Of a stretch of DNA of 20,000 nucleotides, positions 7,674 through 15,779 are shown one piece after another. The stretch lies in IMG/VR virus record IMGVR_UViG_3300017747_002313, one strand, 5' to 3'. Both the position numbers and the translations under genes were made by a program. The DNA comes from an uncultured virus (IMG/VR IMGVR_UViG_3300017747_002313). Lineage: Duplodnaviria; Heunggongvirae; Uroviricota; Caudoviricetes; Crassvirales. The notes beneath the pieces are model-generated. The model made no database searches. It was not told the origin of the DNA and was given only the letters and a program-made list of their open reading frames with translations. Position 1 is the first letter of the stretch, and each line of letters opens with the position of its first letter.

Positions 7674-8764
7674 TAGAAGTAAGTTATCATTATACAATAT
7701 CCATTACCACCATTACCACCTGCACCTGAGTTAGCTCCATTGGTAGAAGCGCCTCCGCCGCCGCCGCCACAACAAACAGCTCCATTACCTCCTCTTCCGC
7801 CTGCAATAGTTCCTGCTGTATCTCCTGAAGCTCCACCTGTTCCGCCAATTGACATAAGAACAAAATTAGCATTTGTTGTTGTAAATGTTCCATTAGTTCC
7901 TGCCGCACCTGCTGCTGAACCTCCTAAGTTTAAGTATATGTTATTGAAAGTCATATCTCTATTCTGCAATGATTGACCTGCGTTTCTTACGTTTGCTGCA
8001 TCAATTCCACCTCCAAATGTCCCGCCCGTAAGTGGTCTCATATTAAATAAAGCATTACCTGTAAATCCATTTGAATTAGAAGTTCCTGTACCATATTGTC
8101 CCGAGGCATAAATTCCATAAATAGCTTGACCTGGTACTGTGTTACCACCATTTGCTGTAGCAGTTCCACCTGCACCACCTGTGCCACCTGCGCATATAAT
8201 TTTAGCAGTTCCTTGCGTTCCATTTCCACCTATCAAACAAATTCCACCGCTTTGTCCTGCTGAGCCATTTGTATTATCAACTGTTACTGTTGCTGCACCT
8301 GTTCCACCTGAACCAATCCATATGTTTTCAGTAGCAGCAAATACCGATGCATCAAGTTTATTAATAAAAACAGTTCCTGTTCCTGCTCCACCTCCACCAT
8401 AACGAGCTGATGCCGCAGCGCCTCTACGACCTGAACCACCGCCACCACCTGCTCCAAATAAATATACTTCTACTTGCATTGCATTAGCAGGTTTTGTCCA
8501 AACACCATTTGATGTAAATACTTGAATGTTTATTGGAGTACTTGAACCACCACCTGAATACTGCGGAATATTCAAAGTAGAGCCTACTAAAGTAGCCGCT
8601 CCGCTTGTCCCCGTTGTTGTTAAAGTGAGCGTGTTTTGTTTAGTATTAAGACCTGTATCTAAATAGTCTTTCACAGCTTTCTGAGACGGAACTACAATAT
8701 CACTATTAAGTGATAGGGTAGGATCTGTATCTATAGGGGTTCCTTTTGTAAATCCTTGGCTCAT
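7673..8764 (-). CDS. Glycine-rich tail fibre / receptor-binding protein
   Basis: [30 protein letters not shown]...GGGGGG...[14 protein letters not shown] glycine-rich domain; N-terminal [10 protein letters not shown] anchor motif. Confidence 0.8.
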   Translation of the reverse strand: [363 protein letters not shown]

Positions 8765-8765
8765 A

Positions 8766-10019
8766 TTATCTGCTTATTTCTTCCCAGTCCATTGATGCAA
8801 GAACATTACCACCGCCACCACCAACATCAGAAGCAACCACAATAGTAAGTTCAAATGGAGTTGATGTTAATGCATTTCTTTCAAGCTGTGTTTTAAAAAG
8901 TGCTTCTTTAAGAATATCAACTTGAGTTGATCCTTGGTTTGTTGCACTAAAGAAACCACTTGCTAATATCCTTCCTCCTGTAAGTGAAGTTCCTGTTATA
9001 TTATAATCTACAGAAGAACCACCAGGAGCAGCAACCCAAGTACCTCCTGAAGTGGTTCCTGATGCTATAACTTGCCAGTTATAATGACCTGAAGTAGTTG
9101 CTATTACAGAAATTGCAGTACATATTATTATAGCATCTAAACGATTAGGTGATGTTTTAAGTCGTATACTTACTATAGGGTAAAATGTTCCTGCTACTGC
9201 TAAGTTTCTTGGAGTTGTTACAGGTATTCCAATAGCTTGTTGCAATCCGTTAAGTTGATATCCTCCTTCAGATAAAACCGTAGAGCATATCTGCTTTAAT
9301 GTACTTGCCCCACTTGTAGCTCCTGTATTTGTTATCTCATACCTTAGTGGTAATGATGCCGTTGTAATGTATGTACTAGTAATAATGTTAGCGTGATGAA
9401 ACTTATGGCATACATAGAAGTTTCCGTTTACAATAAATCCTATCCTAACCGTACCTACGCCTAACCACTCCAAGTCCATAAATAGGATCTGTGCCTTTGT
9501 TAAGTCAAGTGTAACACCACTAGGACCTGTCCCATCCATCTTGTCTACATTCCAACTTGCCTGTGCAACTGGAGTGTTTACTACTGCTCCTGATACAGAA
9601 CTTCTCTCAACAAAACTTACAGTACTATTGTTAAGTTCTAAATAGTATCCGTTATTTGATCCATAGTAACCAACTCTCTGTCTGAGGTTAGTCTTAGCGG
9701 CACTCATTACAAATGTTGAAAGTACAAGCAAGCTTTTACCAGGCTGATAAGAAAATACCTTGGTAGTCTCTCTTATAACCTGAGAGCCTGATGCAGCCGT
9801 TACAGCAAGATCAACAAGCCCTTGATCAGAATTAAATGTAGCAGTACCACTTGTAGCAGTAGCTGTAGACCAAAGTTCGTTATCATCAAACCTATGGCTA
9901 GAGTCAAACAAGGTAAATGGTTCACTGACTCTTAGCCTACCAAATGAATCTATGTTAGGAGTATTTGCAAATGAAATCTCACTGCTAATAATATTATATG
10001 AAGCGTATCCCTGTGCCAT
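8766..10019 (-). CDS. Virion structural / tail protein
   Basis: 417 aa, T/S/G-rich; DSFGRLRVSEPFTLFDS, YQPGKS and DLEWLGVGTVRIGF motifs. Confidence 0.7.
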   Translation of the reverse strand: MAQGYASYNIISSEISFANTPNIDSFGRLRVSEPFTLFDSSHRFDDNELWSTATATSGTATFNSDQGLVDLAVTAASGSQVIRETTKVFSYQPGKSLLVLSTFVMSAAKTNLRQRVGYYGSNNGYYLELNNSTVSFVERSSVSGAVVNTPVAQASWNVDKMDGTGPSGVTLDLTKAQILFMDLEWLGVGTVRIGFIVNGNFYVCHKFHHANIITSTYITTASLPLRYEITNTGATSGASTLKQICSTVLSEGGYQLNGLQQAIGIPVTTPRNLAVAGTFYPIVSIRLKTSPNRLDAIIICTAISVIATTSGHYNWQVIASGTTSGGTWVAAPGGSSVDYNITGTSLTGGRILASGFFSATNQGSTQVDILKEALFKTQLERNALTSTPFELTIVVASDVGGGGGNVLASMDWEEISR

Positions 10020-10020
10020 A

Positions 10021-10350
10021 TTAACTTATTTCAGATCCATAAAGTGAGAATGACAAATTGGTATTTGAGGCATATACTTTTACTTTATCTGTTGCTGCCA
10101 AAGTTACTCCAATTGTAGCAATAAAAGTATCATTAGCACCAATAGGTAAATCATAGTAAATATAATCCTTATTAGCAGTAGCACCACCGCCAACAGCTAT
10201 TGATATCCTAAATGTAGATAGAACTGCTGATCTGTTACATACTATAACAGAACTAGCTACAGCTGATGTAGCTGCGGGGACTGTGTACAGAGCTGTCTCT
10301 GTTGTTGCTGAAGGACTTACCTGTCCTAGTGTTTTGTATACTGTTGGCAT
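10021..10350 (-). CDS. Putative tail-associated structural protein
   Basis: YKTLGQVSPSATTETALYTVPA...SVIVCN...LSFSLYGSEIS, beta-rich, in the tail cluster. Confidence 0.7.
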   Translation of the reverse strand: MPTVYKTLGQVSPSATTETALYTVPAATSAVASSVIVCNRSAVLSTFRISIAVGGGATANKDYIYYDLPIGANDTFIATIGVTLAATDKVKVYASNTNLSFSLYGSEIS

Positions 10351-10351
10351 A

Positions 10352-10555
10352 TTATCCTCCCATTAATAAAAAATTCATTTCAAATCCAACAGAACTTGTT
10401 GGTGATGGAGGAACAGACCATGTGCCGTCTCCTCTTAGATATGTAGTACTGTCAGCAGTCCCACTACCTAGGTTAAATGTAGGTACCTTGTCCTCCTTAG
10501 AGAACGGTATTATCTTGCCTAGGACCCTCTTTAATGGACGTGGAAATATACTCAT
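10352..10555 (-). CDS. Small tail-fibre-motif protein
   Basis: Contains GTADSTTYLRGDGTW, a repeat unit seen in phage fibres; ends FLLMGG. Confidence 0.6.
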   Translation of the reverse strand: MSIFPRPLKRVLGKIIPFSKEDKVPTFNLGSGTADSTTYLRGDGTWSVPPSPTSSVGFEMNFLLMGG

Positions 10556-10560
10556 GCTAG

Positions 10561-10592
10561 TTGCAAAGGTAGCAAATTTAATCTAAATTTGC
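10561..10592. promoter_or_regulatory. Overlapping divergent promoters around a 9-bp palindrome
   Basis: Minus TACCTTTG (10564-10571); plus TTG (10561-10563), 20 nt, TAAATTTG (10584-10591); GCAAATTTA-atc-TAAATTTGC (10572-10592). Confidence 0.65.
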
Positions 10593-10598
10593 CTACAT

Positions 10599-11186
10599 AT
10601 GAGAACAAGCAAGGATAAGAAAAAAGATAAGTACGTTATAAAAATTAGACCTAGACCACTCCAGAAAGTAATCGTTAGAGAATACCCAGCACATAACTAC
10701 ATGAAGTACTGGCGTGTGATCAGGTACTGGGCATGTCGTTACTATAAAGTGACAATGATAGAGCTTGAGATACTTTTCTTCCTGCACGACGAGATGCTGT
10801 TCAACCAGACTACGTTCAACTCATACGACAACATCTTCAGGTGGGACACATACAGGATGGCTAGACTAAAAGAAAAAGGGCTCATCAGAACATTCCGTGA
10901 ACCCACTAAGAACCAATCTAGATTGTACGAGCTCAGCTTCAAAGCCAAGAAGATGATAAACTCTATCTATAAGAAGCTAAACGGCGAAGAACCAATCCCT
11001 GTAAAACCAAGTAGAAACCCTATGTTTAATAAGAAAGCAGGATTCACAGACAAGGTCTTCGCCATAGCCGTTAAAAATTTTAACGAGGAGTTTAAAGAAT
11101 CAAGGCAACGTCTCGATACTGAATTATACGGTACGTCTGATCTCCACTCCGATAGTCATGACCCTGAACAGCATCATACGCTATAA
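10599..11186 (+). CDS. Winged-helix (MarR-like) DNA-binding protein, putative regulator
   Basis: VTMIELEILFFL...MARLKEKGLIRTFR...RLYELSFKAKKMI fits a MarR-type wHTH; has its own promoter. Confidence 0.6.
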   Translation: MRTSKDKKKDKYVIKIRPRPLQKVIVREYPAHNYMKYWRVIRYWACRYYKVTMIELEILFFLHDEMLFNQTTFNSYDNIFRWDTYRMARLKEKGLIRTFREPTKNQSRLYELSFKAKKMINSIYKKLNGEEPIPVKPSRNPMFNKKAGFTDKVFAIAVKNFNEEFKESRQRLDTELYGTSDLHSDSHDPEQHHTL

Positions 11187-11355
11187 CGTCACCCTTCTTA
11201 ATGTGCTCGTCAACTAATGAGCTGACCTCAACTACATCAGCCTCCTGATATCTCTGCTTCACAGTCTCTGAGCCAGTTAACAACAACCCACTCGCAGTCT
11301 GCTTCTGCTCTATCTCCCTAGGCTTAACTACAATAAAACTATTTAACGCTTTCAT
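11092..11355 (-). CDS. groES: Co-chaperonin GroES (Cpn10), phage-encoded
   Basis: MKALNSFIVVKP...KQTASGLLL (mobile loop)...IKKGDVIAY...YRIIQYRDVALIL. Confidence 0.9.
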   Translation of the reverse strand: MKALNSFIVVKPREIEQKQTASGLLLTGSETVKQRYQEADVVEVSSLVDEHIKKGDVIAYDAVQGHDYRSGDQTYRIIQYRDVALIL

Positions 11356-12937
11356 TCTCTCTTACATTTGTGATTATCGCATTCGTACTAAGGATCGTAG
11401 TAGCAACAGATACAGCGTTCTTAAGTGCGTTCTTCGTCACCTTCGCTGGATCTATAATACCCATCTTCACCATATCGCCTGTCTTCTTCTCCTTCACATT
11501 ATACCCAACACCTACACTACCATCGTCAAAGAACTTCTCGTAGTCAAGAACCTCGTTGCCATCAACACCTGCGTTCTCACAGATCTTATGGAACGGCTGC
11601 TCACATGCCTGTGACATAATATCCAACGCAACAGACGGAGCTCCATTCAACATCGCCTTAGATGCTACAAACGCAACTGCGTTCACTAGCCCTACGCCTC
11701 CACCTGGCAGTACACCATCCTCAATCGCTGCCTTCACCGCAAGCACTGCATCGTCAACACGGTCCCTCAACTCCTTCTGCTCGATATCTGAACTCGCTCC
11801 GACGTAGATCATTCCTACACCTCCTGAGATTGACGCAATACGCTCGTCCATGAACTTGATCTCTTCCTCAGAAGTAATCTCCCACTTACTAAGCTTAAGC
11901 TCCTTCACATACGCCTCTAGATCTTCATCAGTGCCGTCAGGTCTTACGATAACAGTGCTGTCCTGACCTACGATGATCTTCTTCGCTCGACCCAATCCTG
12001 AAACTGTACACAACGCTAAGTTGTCACCAGTAGACTCTGAGTAGTAGTGAGCACCAAGAGATCGTGATATATCAGTCATCATCTCGTCCTTACGATACCC
12101 GAAGTTTGGTGGAATAATGTTACACACCTTGATTTTGCCCTGAACAACGTTCATGTTAAGTGTAGCTGCAACCTGAGCTGACAACTGACCTACAATAAGC
12201 AATGGCTTTCCTTCCTTCAGCACATGAGCCAGTACGTTCTCGATGTTCGATAGATTATTAATCTCATGATCTGTAAGTAACACATACGCATCCTCCATCA
12301 CGCACTCCATCTTCTTGTGATCGTTCACGTAGTACTTAGATGTCCACCCTCTAGCTACACGTATACCCTTAATAACCTCAGAGTATGTCTTCGTTGTCTT
12401 AGAGTTCTCTACAATAACATGACTAACCTGCGAGTACACATCAGCGATCAACTTACCTACAACTGGATCGTTGTTTGCAGAGATCGTCGCTACATCAAGC
12501 AGCCTCTTACCACTCACCTTCTTAGACATACGCCCAAGCTCCTTCACTACATCGTCTGCAATAGACTGTATCTGTCTCAATACCTCAGTCTTGCTGTGCT
12601 TCTCTACATCAAAGTAGTCCTCGAACGCATCGATAATAGCCTTGGTAAGCACAATACTAGTCGTAGTGCCATCACCTGCCGACGACGCTGTCTTCGATGC
12701 TGCCTCCCTTACCAGCTGAACAGCTAAGTTCTCCACTGGATCGTACAAATTGATTGATCGTGCGACGGTCACACCGTCCTTCGTAACGGTAACACCTCCT
12801 ATGTGGTGCTCGGACTCTATTAAGACCGTCTGCCCTGATGGGCCTAAAGTGGATGAAACTGCTGCTGATATCTTGTCGATGCCGTTTTTCAGTTTCTTAC
12901 GTCCATTTTCATCTAAAAATATCTGTTTTACTACCAT
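11339..12937 (-). CDS. groEL: Chaperonin GroEL (Cpn60), phage-encoded
   Basis: TLGPSG, VTKDGVTVA, AGDGTTTS, DVATISANND, GVLPGGGV, GIIDPAKVTKNAL; 532 aa with no GGM tail. Confidence 0.96.
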   Translation of the reverse strand: MVVKQIFLDENGRKKLKNGIDKISAAVSSTLGPSGQTVLIESEHHIGGVTVTKDGVTVARSINLYDPVENLAVQLVREAASKTASSAGDGTTTSIVLTKAIIDAFEDYFDVEKHSKTEVLRQIQSIADDVVKELGRMSKKVSGKRLLDVATISANNDPVVGKLIADVYSQVSHVIVENSKTTKTYSEVIKGIRVARGWTSKYYVNDHKKMECVMEDAYVLLTDHEINNLSNIENVLAHVLKEGKPLLIVGQLSAQVAATLNMNVVQGKIKVCNIIPPNFGYRKDEMMTDISRSLGAHYYSESTGDNLALCTVSGLGRAKKIIVGQDSTVIVRPDGTDEDLEAYVKELKLSKWEITSEEEIKFMDERIASISGGVGMIYVGASSDIEQKELRDRVDDAVLAVKAAIEDGVLPGGGVGLVNAVAFVASKAMLNGAPSVALDIMSQACEQPFHKICENAGVDGNEVLDYEKFFDDGSVGVGYNVKEKKTGDMVKMGIIDPAKVTKNALKNAVSVATTILSTNAIITNVRENESVK

Positions 12938-12954
12938 ATTTGATTAAATTTTGT

Positions 12955-12962
12955 CAAATATA
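12955..12962 (-). promoter_or_regulatory. -7 promoter box TATATTTG upstream of groEL
   Basis: Matches TAnnTTTG, 17 nt upstream of the groEL ATG. Confidence 0.6.
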
Positions 12963-12991
12963 CGGTAAAAATTGTAAAAATACCATAAGAT

Positions 12992-13020
12992 AATAAAAAA
13001 AGCCGTCTGTTAGGACGGCC
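12992..13020 (-). terminator. Rho-independent terminator
   Basis: Minus strand GGCCGTCC-TAAC-AGACGGCT followed by a T-run, just after the 13044 stop. Confidence 0.8.
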
Positions 13021-13043
13021 TTCGTTATGTAGAGTGGTGGTTG

Positions 13044-13391
13044 TTATAATACCCTGCACATAATCATGCTTCTATCAGTGTTCTTGTAGAACATCATTCT
13101 TACATTCTGATCGTACTCATTCTTGTAGAACCATACGTTAACCTCTGCACCTGATTTCTTGTCTGTGAATTTTTCGTCAGGATTTGCAGCATTCATTCCA
13201 TATGCATCTAACCAGTTGTAAACAATACCATTCATATCAAAGCTGCTTCCTTTAAATGATACTAGGTTAGTGTCACCTTTTACATAATACCACTCAAAGT
13301 CTGGAGCTGAGCTGTGGTTCTTGTAAGTCTCTTGTGCTGTGGCGATGAAGCTAAACGCTAACATGATTGCCGATAAAATTGCTTTCTTCAT
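13044..13391 (-). CDS. Secreted/periplasmic protein with Sec signal peptide (moron-like)
   Basis: MKKAILSAIMLAFSFIATA|QET signal peptide; has its own promoter and terminator. Confidence 0.75.
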   Translation of the reverse strand: MKKAILSAIMLAFSFIATAQETYKNHSSAPDFEWYYVKGDTNLVSFKGSSFDMNGIVYNWLDAYGMNAANPDEKFTDKKSGAEVNVWFYKNEYDQNVRMMFYKNTDRSMIMCRVL

Positions 13392-13418
13392 AGTTGTTAT
13401 TTAATTGAGTTTCTATTT

Positions 13419-13449
13419 CAAATGTAGTCAAAAAAAAATACCCACCAAA
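13419..13449 (-). promoter_or_regulatory. Full Bacteroidota promoter
   Basis: Minus TTTG (13446-13449), 19 nt, TACATTTG (13419-13426). Confidence 0.65.
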
Positions 13450-13468
13450 TTTTTTGGCAGGTATTTTT
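13430..13468 (-). terminator. Intrinsic terminator (possibly bidirectional)
   Basis: AAAAATACC-CACCAAA / TTTGGCA-GGTATTTTT imperfect hairpin with flanking A/T runs, after the 13487 stop. Confidence 0.6.
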
Positions 13469-13486
13469 CAAAAAAAAATATATTTA

Positions 13487-14434
13487 TCACTTATATCGCA
13501 TCTTTCCAGCTTGCATTCTTCCTTTCATACCAGGTTTTTTCTCAACTTGTTCAGCCATTTTTTCTTTAGTGAAGTACTTAGTTTTTCCTACCTGCTCCTT
13601 CTTTTCGAACTTCTGTGCTTTACGAGTGTCTCTTATAGCACTACCAACTTTTACACCAGTCTCTTTTCTAGCAGCTCTAAGATCACTACGCATAGTTTTA
13701 TATCCAGCTTTTTTCTCTTTAGAAAATGCACCTGCAACAACTCTAGGTCCTTGGTTTTCGTCAGCTAATGCCTTAGTACGAGTGTACGCTCCAGCTAACT
13801 TCTCTTCTCTTCGGAATTTAGCTACTTCGATCTGACCCTTGATGTTCAAATCAGTCTTAGTAAGTTTATTCTTTTGAATAGGACCACTAACTCTAGGGTT
13901 CTTTTTTATTTGTCGACGTTTACCAGCAGGTGCTTCAATAGCTTTGTTAACCATCTCAGGCTTCTTTTTTTGAATAAGTGTAGGGCTAGGTGTAGATTGA
14001 GTAAGCTTTCTTGTTGGTAACTTACCTACCTCTCCCTTTTCAGGTGTCTTAACTTGATTTTTAGGGGTAAAGTTAACTGGAGTTTGATAGAATTTTTTAT
14101 CTCTCTCTGGATGAGCAAAATCACCTTGAAAACTATTAACCCCATCTTTATTCATTGGATTATTAGGATCGTATCTAACTTCTTTATACTTAAGCTTACC
14201 TCCTTTAGCTAAATTTTGTTTATTAAACTCTTCTAATTGAGATGGATTCATTTTAACTATACCCTTAGAGTACCTACCCCCACCTGGAACATAATCATCA
14301 GTTTTAGTTCCTCTTAAGAATTCTTTCTCAATTTCATTATAACCAGCGTATTTATCTTTTTTTTTCTCTGGTTCACCTGGAGCCTTTGTAGTGGTATTAA
14401 CGGTCATTCGACCTGTTCTCATTTTTGTTGCCAT
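13487..14434 (-). CDS. Highly basic Lys-rich hypothetical protein
   Basis: 315 aa, K/R/P/T-rich, low complexity; preceded by TAACTTTG (14463-14470). Confidence 0.75.
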   Translation of the reverse strand: MATKMRTGRMTVNTTTKAPGEPEKKKDKYAGYNEIEKEFLRGTKTDDYVPGGGRYSKGIVKMNPSQLEEFNKQNLAKGGKLKYKEVRYDPNNPMNKDGVNSFQGDFAHPERDKKFYQTPVNFTPKNQVKTPEKGEVGKLPTRKLTQSTPSPTLIQKKKPEMVNKAIEAPAGKRRQIKKNPRVSGPIQKNKLTKTDLNIKGQIEVAKFRREEKLAGAYTRTKALADENQGPRVVAGAFSKEKKAGYKTMRSDLRAARKETGVKVGSAIRDTRKAQKFEKKEQVGKTKYFTKEKMAEQVEKKPGMKGRMQAGKMRYK

Positions 14435-14454
14435 GACATGTTTTTAAAAAGTAA

Positions 14455-14751
14455 TTACTCGACAAAGTTAGTAAATTCAAATGAATTACAAACAGAGTTC
14501 TCGCACGCAGTTATTTCTACAAACCTACTCATGCGAAACGCTGGCTCCTGATACCGACCAAGAAGCTGCTGATATATCTCCTCGTTGCGAACCTCCTCCA
14601 ATAAAACACCAGTGACAATCCCATCGTTCTCCAATACCTGCCGAACAGTATACTCCTCACCCTTCTTCACCCACTGTGGGTACACCATACACACGAACTC
14701 TATCTGGTCCGCCTTGATCGAGTCATCTATGCACAGCAGCTTACTCCTCAT
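14455..14751 (-). CDS. Hypothetical phage protein
   Basis: 98 aa; LCIDD...WVKKGEEYTVRQV...GVLLEEVRN...FRMSRFVE pattern typical of small phage SH3-like proteins. Confidence 0.7.
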   Translation of the reverse strand: MRSKLLCIDDSIKADQIEFVCMVYPQWVKKGEEYTVRQVLENDGIVTGVLLEEVRNEEIYQQLLGRYQEPAFRMSRFVEITACENSVCNSFEFTNFVE

Positions 14752-14839
14752 TGTTCATCATTATATACCTCTTACCATCGGTAAGCCAACGCAGCACATA
14801 GTTCGTCTGACGCCTCTTAGACCTCTGAATGTACGAAAA

Positions 14840-15160
14840 TGTTGACTTGTGTCGAGAAATGTCGGTCCAGTGTCGAGAAAATGTCGACTCAAAAACACGT
14901 AAGTTATTGATCCTGTGCATATTATCCATTTTTAGTGTCGAGATGTCGACTTTACTGCAAAAAAAATATTTTTTTTATTTTTTCCTACTACTACTACTAT
15001 ATATATACTAATTTTTTTTTATTTATAATTGGTAAAAAAGTCAACATCTTAACACTAAAAACACTAAAACCCTTACTACGACTGGGCTGTAGGAGTTTTG
15101 CATGTAACATCAACTCAGCACAAACCGACACTAAATCGGGCTTTTCAACAAATTCTAACA
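14840..15160. repeat. Dyad-symmetric phased-hexamer element, copy A (origin- or pac-like)
   Basis: TGTYGR hexamers at 14840, 14850, 14860, 14871, 14882, 14936, 14944; AT-rich core; reverse hexamers at 15041, 15049, 15115, 15125, 15145, 15155. Confidence 0.8.
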
Positions 15161-15334
15161 TCTTTTTTCGGGGGTCGCATATTCGGGGGTAGTGGGTAAT
15201 ATACCCATTTCACGTGACCACCCATCAAACGAAAACCGATCAAAATCGAGGTGGGGGGTATGCATTTTGGATAAATGCATTGAACTTTTTAGCTTTTTGT
15301 TGAGGGGGTGCATGTGGGTAGGTAGGTAGCACTC

Positions 15335-15421
15335 TACGCGCGCGCGCACATGTGTATGTATATAGATGGCTGTGGCTGTAGGTATATAGATAGACCTACC
15401 AACATACATACATACATATGT
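15335..15421. repeat. Alternating purine-pyrimidine tracts
   Basis: TACGCGCGCGCGCACATGTGTATGTATATA (15335-15364) and ACATACATACATACATATGT (15402-15421). Confidence 0.8.
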
Positions 15422-15742
15422 TGCGGCACATCATTCGATCAACCATTCTATTTAACATAATGTAAATTATAGGACAAGCATACCTAACACCATGCAAGAC
15501 GATCAATAGATCAACCAATCGGCATGCAGTCCGTTCGTTCGGTGATCATAGGCGCATATCATTAGACGTTGAATAACATCCCTAACCAACCAAACTATTG
15601 AAAATCTAGCAAAATCCGACGTAATATCCGCGTAACTATCTGAAGATCAGTAGATAGATATGTATAAAAGCAAATTGTAACGTGTATTTTTATTTAGAAT
15701 GAGTATAAATAAGCTATAAAATGAAAAATAGTTATGCGAAAG

Positions 15743-15774
15743 TTTGCATAATCCAATCAACTGCCGTACATTTG
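15743..15774 (+). promoter_or_regulatory. Consensus Bacteroidota promoter driving the early region
   Basis: TTTG (15743-15746), 20 nt, TACATTTG (15767-15774). Confidence 0.8.
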
Positions 15775-15779
15775 TTTCA

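Noticed and set aside
7690..8402. Pro-rich and alternative-frame ORFs over the tail fibre gene
   Set aside because: By-products of glycine codon runs in the real minus-strand gene.
14840..14890. CRISPR array or simple tandem repeat interpretation of the TGTCGA repeats
   Set aside because: Units are 6 bp with 4-5 bp gaps. There are no 25-40 bp repeats with unique spacers and no cas genes.
14741..15409. ORFs 14741-14929, 14829-15011, 14935-15192 and 15155-15409
   Set aside because: They run through phased repeats, homopolymers and alternating tracts, giving low-complexity translations. The region is better explained as non-coding.
15640..15680. CTGAAGA as a second hammerhead core
   Set aside because: No stem II followed by GAAA and no closing stems.
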